The notes beneath the pieces are model-generated. The model was not told the origin of the DNA. It saw only the letters and a list, made by a program, of their open reading frames with translations, and ran no database searches. A stretch of DNA of 64,000 nucleotides, taken from the NCBI GenBank assembly GCA_964016885.1, contig OZ024748.1, positions 22,940,001-23,004,000 on the forward strand. Reading direction: 5' to 3'. Of this stretch, positions 54,471-64,000 are shown in pieces. Numbering within the stretch: the first letter of the stretch is position 1; each line of letters opens with the position of its first letter. The translations under genes were made by a program, and so were the position numbers. Origin of the DNA: Eledone cirrhosa (taxonomy: Eukaryota).

Positions 54471-54805
54471 GCTTCGTACATCTGTCGTTGTTGTTGCTGC
54501 GTACATCTGTTGTCGTTGTTGTTGTTTCGTACATCTGTTGTTGTTGTTGTTGTTGCTTCGTTCATCTGTTGTTGTTGCTTCATACATCTGTTGTTGCTGT
54601 TGTTGCTTCGTACATCTGTTGTTGTTGTTGCTTCGTACATTTGTTGATGTTGCTTCGTACATCTGTTGTTGTTGCTTCGTACATCTGTTGTTGTTGTTCT
54701 TGCTTCGTTTATCTGTTGTTGTTGCTTCGTACATCTGTTGTTGTGGCTTCGTACATTTGTTGTTGTTGCTTCGTACATCTGTTGTTGTTGTTGCTTCGTA
54801 CATCT
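53681..54805. repeat. Minisatellite: 13-mer GCTTCGTACATCT alternating with variable-length (GTT)n
   Basis: Several dozen copies of the 13-mer or single-base variants, separated by GTT runs. Confidence 0.95.
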
Positions 54806-54808
54806 ATT

Positions 54809-54854
54809 GAAGAAGAAGAAGAAGAAGAAGAAGAAGAAGAAGAAGAAGAAGAAG
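54809..54854. repeat. (GAA)n microsatellite
   Basis: Directly visible. Confidence 0.98.
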
Positions 54855-54931
54855 GGTAAGTGAGTGATAAGATGACATTAAAAGAGATTGCCAGTTGTAG
54901 AGTTAGTAGAGATGTTAGGGTGATGGGTGTA

Positions 54932-56990
54932 GAGAACTGGAGGATATATGGTATAGTGATTGTGGGACGGCGGAGTGGTGTAGTGGTGGTGTGGTGGTGT
55001 GGTGGTGTAGTGGTGTGGTGGTGGTGTGATGGTGTGGTGGTGTAGTGGTGGTGGTATGGTGGTGTGGTGGTGTAGTGGTGTGGTGGTGTGGTGGTGTAGT
55101 GGTGTGGTGGTGTGGTGGTGTAGTGGTGGTGGTATGGTGGTGTAGTGGTGGTGGTATGGTGGTGTGGTGGTGTAGTGGTATGGTGGTGTGGTGGTGTAGT
55201 GGTGTGGTGGTGTGGTGGTGTAGTGGTGGTGGTATGGTGGTGTGGCGGAGTGGTGTAATGGTGGTGTGGTGGTGTGGTGGTGTGGTGGTGTGGTGATGTG
55301 GTGGTGTAGTGGTGTAGTGGTGTAGTGGGTGGTGGTGGTGTGGTGGTGTGGTGGTGTGGTGGTGTAGTGGTGGTATTGTGGTGTGGTGGTGTAGTGGTGT
55401 GGTGGTGTGGCGGAGTGGTGTAGTGGTGGTGTGGTGGTGTGGTGGTGTGGTGGTGTAGTGGTGTAGTGGGTGGTGGTGGTGTGGTGGTGTGGTGGTGTGG
55501 TGGTGTGGTAGTGTAGTGGTGTAGTGGTGTGGTGGTGTGGTGGTGTGGTGGTGTGGTAGTGTAGTGGTGTGGTGGTGTGGTAGTGTAGTGATGTAGTGGT
55601 GTGGTGGTGGTGTGGTGGTGTGGTGTGGTGGTGTAGTGGTGGTGGTATTGTGGTGTGGTGGTGTAATGGTGTGGTGGTGTGGCAGAGTGGTGTAGTGGTG
55701 TAGTGGTGGTGTGGTGGTGTGGTGGTGTGGTGGTGTGGTGGTGTAGTGGTGTAGTGGGTGGTGGTGGTGTGGTGGTGTGGTGGTGTGGTGTTGTAGGGGT
55801 GTAGTGGTGTGGTCGTGGTGTGGTGGTATGGTGATGTGGTAGTGTAGTAGTGTAGTGGTGTGGTGGTGTGGTGGTGTGGTGGTGTGGTGGTGTGGTGGTG
55901 TGGTGGTGTAGTGGTGGTGTGGTGGTGTGGTGATGTGGGTAGTGTAGTGGTGTAGTGGTGTGGTGGTGGTGTGGTGGTGTGGTGTGGTGGTGTAGTGGTG
56001 GTGGTATTGTGGTGTGGTGGTGTAGTGGTGTGGTGGTGTGGCGGAGTGGTGTAGTGGTGTAGTGGTGGTGTGGTGTGGTGGTGTGGTGGTGTAGTGGTGT
56101 GGTTGTGTGGTGGTGTGGTGGTGGTGTGGTGGTGTAGTGGTGTGGTGTGGTGGTGTGGTGGTGTGGTGTGGTGGTGTAGTGTTGGTGGTGTGGTGGTGTG
56201 GTGGTGTGGTGGTGTGGTGTGGTGTGGTAGTGGTGGTGGTGTGGTGGTGTGGTGTAGTGGTGTGGTGGTGTGGTGGTGTGGTGGTGTGGTGGTGTGGTGG
56301 TGTGTTGTGGCGGTGTGGTGGTGTAGTGGTGGTGGTGTGGTGGTGTCGTGGTGTGGTGGTGTAGTGGTGTGGTGGTGTAGTGGTGTGGTGGTTTGGTGGT
56401 GGTGTGGTGGTGTGGTGGTGTGGTGTGGTGGTGTAGTGGTGGTGTTATGGTGGTGTGGTATGGTGTTGTGGTGGTGTGGCCTGGTGGTGTGGTGGTGTAG
56501 TGGTGGTGATGTGGTGTGGTGGTGTTGTTGTGTGGTGGTGTGGTGGTGTGGCGTGGTGGTGTGATGTGGGAGAACTGGAGGATATATATATGGTATGGTG
56601 ATGGTAGAACGAGGGAGTGGTGTAGTGGTGGTGTAGTGGTGTGGTGGTGTAGTGGTGTGGTGCTGTAGTGGTGTAGTTGTGTGGTGGTGTGGTGTAGTGG
56701 TGTAGTGGTGTGGTGGTGTAGTGGTGTAGTGGTGTAGTGGTGTAGTGGTGTAGTGGTGTAGTGGTTGTGTAGTGGTGTGGTGGTGGTGTGGTGGTGTAGT
56801 GGTGTAGTGTTGTAGTGGTGGTGTAGTGGTGTAGTGGTAGTGTAGTGGTGTAGTGGTGTAGTGGTGGTGTAGTGGTGGTGTAGTGGTGTGGTGGTGTATT
56901 GGTGTAGTGGTGGTGTGGTGGTGGTGTGGTGTAGTGTAGGAGAACTGGAAGATATATATATATATATATGTGGTATGTTGATGGTATTGT
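54932..56990. repeat. GGTGT/GGTGTAGT/GGT low-complexity array punctuated by three copies of a GAGAACTGGARGA(TA)n..GGTAT anchor
   Basis: Anchors start at 54932, 56570 and 56940. Confidence 0.92.
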
Positions 56991-57102
56991 ATTCAGCCAT
57001 GTAGAGCAATAACTTTTTGTTATATATATATATAAGTTATTCCGGGTTGAATCGGAGGTAACCACAGTAAGTAAAGTACTCAATACATAGCAGAGTATAC
57101 AA

Positions 57103-57234
57103 GTTTTAATGTAGATGAGATTCTACAGGACTAACTAGAACTGTTTCATTCTTTAGAAATCATCATTGAGATTCCTGATGATTTCTAAAGAATAAAACAG
57201 TTCTAGTCCTGTAGAATCTCATCTACATTAAAAC
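57103..57234. repeat. Inverted repeat with ~60-bp arms and a 10-nt loop
   Basis: 57103-57165 pairs with 57176-57234, with one 4-nt indel and one substitution. Confidence 0.93.
57167..57221 (+). ncRNA. Type I hammerhead motif (GUA site) with GAAA mutated to AAAA
   Basis: 8-bp stem I tgagattc/gaatctca; CTGATGA 57175-57181; stem II ttc-taaa-gaa; AAAA 57194-57197, where the inverted arm retains GAAA; stem III cag...ctg; TA at 57212-57213. Confidence 0.72.
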
Positions 57235-57274
57235 ATATATATGTATATATATATATATTATATATATATATATA

Positions 57275-57350
57275 TATTTCCAGATCTTTAAGAGATACAT
57301 TGTCGTCTGGTGAGACTAGTACATGGTACTATATATGTACATATATACTG

Positions 57351-57400
<50 letters not shown>

Positions 57401-57476
57401 CAGTATATATGTACATATATAGTACCATGTACTAGTCTCACCAGACGACAATGTATCTCTTAAAGATCTGGAAATA
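57275..57476. repeat. ~200-bp palindrome whose centre is a (TA)n tract
   Basis: 57275-57353 is the reverse complement of 57398-57476, with no mismatch seen. Confidence 0.96.
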
Positions 57477-57725
57477 GAGATAACCAGATAGTAAAACAAA
57501 CAATCCCGGTAATAATAAATGTTACTGAGAATGACTAAGAAATACATAACAAAGCTTACACAGAGCTTACAAATACACACAACACAAGGAGAGTGACATT
57601 ACTACACACTACACACATTACATAGAGTAGTTTCTTTACAATAGAAAATACAATAACAGAAGAAAACATAGCATATAACCAAGACTGACAGAACCACACT
57701 AGGAAGAACAGGGTAAGATATAAAA

Positions 57726-58014
57726 AACAAATGGCTATTGAATAATAATAACAACAACAACAACAACAACAACTACAACAACAACTACTACAAAAACAAA
57801 ACAACTACAGCTACACCAACAGCACCAACAGTAGCAGCACCACCACCAACAACAATACCAATATTAACATCATCAACATCATCAACAACAACAACTATAA
57901 AAACAAAACAACTACAACACCAACAAGAACAACTGCACCAGCAGCATCATCACCACCATCAATAACACTACCAACATCAACAACAACACCAACAACAAGA
58001 ACAAATGGCTATTG

Positions 58015-58049
<35 letters not shown>

Positions 58050-58145
58050 CTACAAAAACAAAACAACTACAACACCAACAACAATAACAACTACACCAGC
58101 AGCACTAGCACCACCAACACCAACACCAACACCAACACCAACACC
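57726..58145. repeat. (AAC)/(ACC)-rich tract arranged as a diverged 274-bp tandem duplication
   Basis: aacaaatggctattgaa-(aac)n-tacaaaaacaaaacaactac occurs at 57726 and 58000. Confidence 0.85.
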
Positions 58146-58165
58146 AAAAAAAAAAAACCCCCAAC

Positions 58166-59227
58166 TAATAATGGTTTCTGATTTAGGCACAAAGCCAACA
58201 ATTTTGTGGGAAGGGAAAGTCAATTAAATTGACCTCAGTGCATTACTGGTACTTTATTTTATCAACCCAGAAAGGATGAAAGGCAAAGTAGACCTTGACT
58301 GGAATTGAACTCACAACGCAAAGAGCTGGAATAAATGCCTCAAAGCATTTTCTCCAGCACTCTAATGATTCTGCCAATCCACAACTAATAATAATTGTTT
58401 CTACTTTAGGCACAAGGCCAGCAATTACCCAGTGCATTACTGGTACTTTATTTTATCGACCCCGTAAGGATGAAAGGCAAAGTGAACCTCAACTAATAAT
58501 AATAATAATGGTTTCTACTTTTGGCACAAGGCCAGCAATTATCCCAGTACATTACTGGTACTTTATTTTATTGACCCCGTAAGGATGAAAGGCAAAGTTA
58601 ACCTCGGCGGGATTTGAAGTCAGACCGCAAAGGAGCATAACTCTATGTTGCAAAGCATGGTGTCTGACGCTCTACCGATACTGCCAATCCAAATAATAAT
58701 GATTTCATTAATTGGCCACAAGGGCCGACATGTAGGGGACAATACAAATACACGGACTGTGGGGGTTTACAATAAGGGGGAGTAAAAGAGCACAATGGCA
58801 TTGAAAATATAATAATTGAAAATAATAATAATTGTTTCTACTTTTAGCACAAGGCCAGCAATTACTCCAGGGTATTACTGATACTTCATTTTATCGAACC
58901 CATAAGGATAAAAGGCAAAGTTAACTTAAGCGGGATTTGAACTCAGACCATAAAGGGCCGTAACTCTTTGCTGCAAAGCATGGCGTCAGACCCTCTACCG
59001 ATACTGCCACAGAATAGTAATTGTTTCTACTTTAGGCACAAGGCCAGCAATTTGAAGGAGAGGGGAAGTCGATTAAATCAACCCCCAGTGTATTACTGGT
59101 ATTTTATTTTATCGACCCCGTAAGGATGAAAGGCAAAGTTAACCTAGGCGGATTTGTATTCAGAACATAAAGGGCCATAACTCTATGCTGAAAAGCATGG
59201 TTTCTGACACTCTACCGATACTGCCAA
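58166..59227 (-). mobile_element. Cluster of five co-oriented tRNA-derived SINE copies (about 58166-58380, 58386-58490 truncated, 58495-58690, 58822-59008, 59016-59227)
   Basis: Minus strand: A-box-like TGGCAG(T/A)ATC, B-box GAGTTCAAATCCC (clearest at 58931-58943), shared body gcctttcatcc..ggggtcgataaaata and (ATT)n tails. Resembles the abundant octopus SINE as I recall it. Confidence 0.88.
58692..58808 (-). mobile_element. Possible 3' end of a second retroelement nested among the SINEs
   Basis: Non-SINE segment whose minus strand ends ...cccttgtggccaattaatgaaatc(att)n; family not identifiable with certainty. Confidence 0.4.
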
Positions 59228-59232
59228 ACCAC

Positions 59233-59300
59233 GAAGAAGAAGAAGAAGAAGAAGAAGAAGAAGAAGAAGAAGAAGAAGAAGAAGAAGAAGAAGAAGAAGA
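59233..59300. repeat. (GAA)n microsatellite
   Basis: Directly visible. Confidence 0.98.
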
Positions 59301-59369
59301 TAATAATAGTAAGGACAACAACAGTAATAAAATTGATGATGATAACCATGGTGATGACAACAAAAACAT

Positions 59370-59821
59370 CACCACCAACAGCAATAACAATTACAGCAAC
59401 AACAACTACAAATAACAGCAACATCTAAAACACCACCGCCAACACCACCGAAAACAACAACTACACCACCACCACCAGCACCACCACCACCAATAACAAC
59501 AGCAACAACTACAACTACAAGAGCACCACCAGTACCACCAGCACCACCAGCAGCAGCAGCAGCAGCACCACCACCACCACCACCACCAGCACCACCACCA
59601 CCAACAACAACTACTACTACTACTACTAATACTACTACACCACCACCACCACCAACGCCACCATCACCACCACCACCACCACCACCACCACCACCACCAC
59701 CACCAACAGCAACAACAACAACTACAAAAGCACCACCAGCACCGCCAGCAACACCACCAGCACCACCAGCAGCACCACCACCACCACCAACAACTACTAC
59801 TACTAATACTACTACACCAGC

Positions 59822-59852
<31 letters not shown>

Positions 59853-59920
59853 CCACCACCATCACCACCTCCAATAACAATACCAACATTAACATCAACA
59901 ACAACAATGCTAATAACAAG
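59370..59920. repeat. Mixed (ACC)/(AAC)/(AGC)/(ACT) trinucleotide tract
   Basis: Directly visible. Confidence 0.93.
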
Positions 59921-60612
59921 GCTGTTACTTTCTCTTCTCCAACGTTAGACTAGCAATTACCGCCATTATGGCGAAGATTTCTACGCCATTGCCACTTCTA
60001 GTGACGTATGTGATAATTTACTGGCCATCATCTCACAGTTTTAGCAGCTCTCTATATCTCTGACATCTGCTAACACCGTAAAGTACTGCTGCGGCTGAAT
60101 CGTCTGCAAGTAGCAATCAACACTTCCTCCTATCTCAACAACCGTCTAAAGTCTGGCTTAGATCACAACAACAACAACAACAACAATAACACGGCAATTG
60201 TAGCCACGACGACAGAAACAACAATTATAATGAAACGAAGGAAGCGTTATACAATCTTTCGTCCTTCTAGAATGAGCTGTCACATATGTCTGAAACTATC
60301 CCTTCCTTACCTGATTCGAAAATAGGAAAAAGATAAATAATAAAAATAATAATGAAAAGTTCAATCCTAAGAGCAATTTCCATCCATCCATTCCACCATC
60401 CAAACATCCATCTATCCATTCACCCACCCATCCATCAACCTTTCCATCCCTCTCTCAGTAATTAACACTCCACTCTATCCAGCCATTCATTTGTCCTTGG
60501 GCTCTGAACTCTTGATGGAGTTGTCAGAGATGCAGTGTTGGGCATGTTAAAGTTAAACCTGGATTAGCGTAACCATCTGAACAGAGCCGATTTTTTTCAG
60601 TGAATCAGAAAT

Positions 60613-60615
<3 letters not shown>

Positions 60616-60710
<95 letters not shown>
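60616..60710. repeat. (CA)n with a short (TA)n
   Basis: Directly visible. Confidence 0.98.
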
Positions 60711-60711
<1 letters not shown>

Positions 60712-60743
60712 ATAAATGAGAAATATTTTCATAACCAAAGTAT

Positions 60744-60808
60744 ATATTTTATTATGCATATTTCAAGGGTACAATGGTTTTTGTGTACGCTTTCATCAGA
60801 TAAAACAT
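60744..60808 (-). ncRNA. Type I hammerhead motif related to 2029-2099
   Basis: Minus strand: atgttttat-CTGATGA-aagcgtaca...tgtaccctt-GAAA-tatgca-TA-ataaaatat. Confidence 0.78.
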
Positions 60809-61123
60809 AAGAGATTGGTTATTTGACATACCCCTAAGGTCTTGAACCTTCAATCCCTGTAGTGGTAGTACGTTACTTCCTCAACACTCAACATTTATAT
60901 ACCACAAATAATATGTTAACTTAGAGAAGAAGACGTGAAGCAACAAAGAAATATAGAAGGCAAGTTGAAAAGGAAGATGCTGAGAGAAAAAGAGAAAGAG
61001 AAAAAAAGGAAAAGAAGAGGATAGAAAAACAACCGTTGTATTCAGACACTAGACAGAAATTCAAAATATATTCTTATTAGTTATTCTTATTAATGCAAGC
61101 GGCATTCATTGATAACTATTGTA

Positions 61124-63590
61124 GTAGTACAATATTTTACTGTAGTACACTATTTTACTGTAGTACACTACATTTTACTGTAGTACACTATTTTACTGTA
61201 GTACACTACATTTTACTGTAGTACAATATTTTACTGTAGTACACTATTTTACTGTAGTACACTACATTTTACTGTAGTACAATATTTTACTGTAGTACAC
61301 TACATTTTACTGTAGTACACTATTTTACTGTAGTACACTACATTTTACTGTAGTACACTATTTTACTGTAGTACACTACATTTTACTGTAGTACACTATT
61401 TTACTGTAGTACACTACATTTTACTGTAGTACACTACATTTTACTGTAGTACACTATTTTACTGTAGTGCACTACATTTTACTGTAGTACACTACATTTT
61501 ACTGTAGTACACTATTTTACTGTAGTAACTACATTTTACTGTAGTACACTATTTTACTGTAGTACACTACATTTTACTGTAGTACACTACATTTTACTGT
61601 AGTACACTACATTTTACTGTAGTACACTACATTTTACTGTAGTACACTATTTTACTGTAGTACACTACATTTTACTGTAGTTCACTACGTTTTACTGTAG
61701 TACACTATATTTTACTGTAGTACACTATTTTACTGTAGTACACTACATTTTACTGTAGTACACTATTTTACTGTAGTACACTACATTTTACTGTAGTACA
61801 CTATTTTACTGTAGTACACTACATTTTACTGTAGTACACTACATTTTACTGTAGTACACTACATTTTACTGTAGTACACTATTTTACTGTAGTACACTAC
61901 ATTTTACTGTAGTTCACTACATTTTACTGTAGTACACTATATTTTACTGTAGTACACTATTTTACTGTAGTACACTACATTTTACTGTAGTACACTATTT
62001 TACTGTAGTACACTACATTTTACTGTAGTACACTATTTTACTGTAGTACACTATTTTACTGTAGTACACTACATTTTACTGTAGTACACTATTTTACTGT
62101 AGTACACTACATTTTACTGTAGTACACTACATTTTACTGTAGTACACTACATTTTACTGTAGTACACTATTTTACTGTAGTACACTACATTTTACTGTAG
62201 TACACTACATTTTACTGTAGTACACTATTTTACTGTAGTACACTACATTTTACTGTAGTACACTATTTTACTGTAGTAACTACATTTTACTGTAGTACAC
62301 TATTTTACTGTAGTACACTACATTTTACTGTAGTACACTACATTTTACTGTAGTACACTACATTTTACTGTAGTACACTATTTTACTGTAGTACACTACA
62401 TTTTACTGTAGTTCACTACATTTTACTGTAGTACACTATATTTTACTGTAGTACACTATTTTACTGTAGTACACTACATTTTACTGTAGTACACTATTTT
62501 ACTGTAGTACACTACATTTTACTGTAGTACACTATTTACTGTAGTACACTACATTTTACTGTAGTACACTACATTTTACTGTAATACACTACATTTTACT
62601 GTAGTTCACTACATTTTACTGTAGTACACTATATTTTACTGTAGTACACTATTTTACTGTAGTACACTACATTTTACTGTAGTACACTATTTTACTGTAG
62701 TACACTACATTTTACTGTAGTACACTATTTTACTGTAGTACACTATATTTTACTGTAGTACACTATTTTACTGTAGTACACTACATTTTACTGTAATACA
62801 CTATTTTACTGTAGTACACTATATTTTACTGTAGTACACTATTTTACTGTAGTACACTATTTTACTGTAGTACACTACATTTTACTGTAGTACACTATTT
62901 TACTGTAGTACACTACATTTTACTGTAGTACACTATTTTACTGTAGTACACTATTTTACTGTAGTACACTACATTTTACTGTAGTACACTATTTTACTGT
63001 AGTACACTACATTTTACTGTAATACACTATTTTACTGTAGTACACTACATTTTACTGTAGTTCACTATTTTACTGTAGTACACTACATTTTACTGTAATA
63101 CACTATTTTACTGTAGTACACTACATTTTACTGTAGTACACTATTTTACTGTAGTACACTACATTTTACTGTAATACACTATTTTACTGTAGTACACTAC
63201 ATTTTACTGTAGTTCACTATTTTACTGTAGTACACTACATTTTACTGTAATACACTATTTTACTGTAGTACACTACATTTTACTGTAATACACTACATTT
63301 TACTGTAGTACACTATTTTACTGTAGTACACTGCATTTTACTGTAATACACTACATTTTACTGTAGTTCACTATTTTACTGTAATACACTATTTTACTGT
63401 AGTACACTACAATTTACTGTAGTACACTATTTTACTGTAGTACACTATTTTACTGTAGTACACTATTTTACTGTAGTACACTACATTTTACTGTAGTACA
63501 CTACATTTTACTGTAGTACACTACAATTTACTGTAGTACACTATTTTACTGTAGTACACTACATTTCAGTGTAGTACACTATTTTACTGT
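61124..63590. repeat. ~2.5-kb minisatellite of interspersed 18-bp (GTAGTACACTATTTTACT) and 20-bp (GTAGTACACTACATTTTACT) units
   Basis: Directly visible; about 130 units by length. Confidence 0.98.
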
Positions 63591-63906
63591 TCGAACTTTC
63601 TTGGCCAACCTTAATTCCAGTCTAATCTATTCAGGATTGATATAATTGATACCAGTCATATACTATGATGTCATTTAAGTTAACTCTTCTGTCTAGTCGA
63701 TAAGAACAAATATTCCCATGTTTAGATAATCTTATCAGTGTTGAATTTGTCGTTCACCCCGCTCCTCTTTTCCCAGGGACCTCAACAAATCAGATACTAA
63801 TCATATTTGAGTTTGATTCAATCAACTCATTTCTAATCACACTCACGCAGCACTGAATTTTTTTTCCATAACGTCTAATCAATAAAAATTAATATTGATT
63901 TTACAT

Positions 63907-63968
<62 letters not shown>

Positions 63969-63976
63969 GCAGCAGC
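63907..63976. repeat. (CAG)n microsatellite
   Basis: Directly visible; one CAA interruption. Confidence 0.98.
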
Positions 63977-64000
63977 ATTTTTTGTTGTTTTAGTTGTTAT

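Noticed and set aside
53681-54805. CRISPR-like repeat-spacer appearance
   Set aside because: The repeat is only 13 bp, the spacers are (GTT)n rather than unique sequence, there are no cas genes, and the context is eukaryotic.
6849-54859. Giant ORFs (up to 11,313 aa) of VVT/VVI, TTV/TTI, NNS, poly-L and CCY, superficially mucin- or antifreeze-like
   Set aside because: A 9-bp unit leaves most frames free of stops on both strands. There is no synonymous-site variation pattern, signal peptide or unique domain, and frames swap at single-base indels.
54960-56940. Telomere-like G-rich array
   Set aside because: No TTAGGG-type tandem unit, irregular period, and internal position.
54709-57009. His/Thr/Pro-rich 766-aa ORF
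   Set aside because: Translation of GGTGT-type repeats; no coding signal.
58243-58582. Short ORFs over the SINE cluster, and possible tRNA genes
   Set aside because: The ORFs are chance translations of SINE sequence. The A/B boxes belong to SINE heads and I could not form a cloverleaf.
59920-60170. Unique, more GC-balanced segment as a possible exon
   Set aside because: All three frames after the best minus-strand acceptor stop quickly and there is no recognisable motif; unsupported without RNA data.

Overview
Eukaryotic, AT-rich, repeat-dominated DNA with no intact protein-coding gene that I can support. The abundant tRNA-derived SINE suggests an octopus or other cephalopod genome (inference from recall, not a search). 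About 46.7 kb (6901-53650) is a single 9-bp satellite, GTTGTTAYT, carrying kb-scale internal duplications; all the giant ORFs are artefacts of it. The flanks hold microsatellites, three other tandem arrays, a SINE cluster and a 5'-truncated RTE-type LINE 3' end. The most notable signal is in the short unique islands between (TA)n tracts. They repeatedly contain type I hammerhead-ribozyme cores (stem I-CUGAUGA-stem II-GAAA-stem III-UH-stem I'): five near-complete motifs and three damaged ones, from several sequence families. Several sit inside long, nearly loop-less palindromes, and one lies in a terminally redundant 702-bp unit. This is the footprint expected of Penelope-like pseudo-LTRs or retrozyme-like non-autonomous elements. 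All structures were read by eye and none has been folded or tested.
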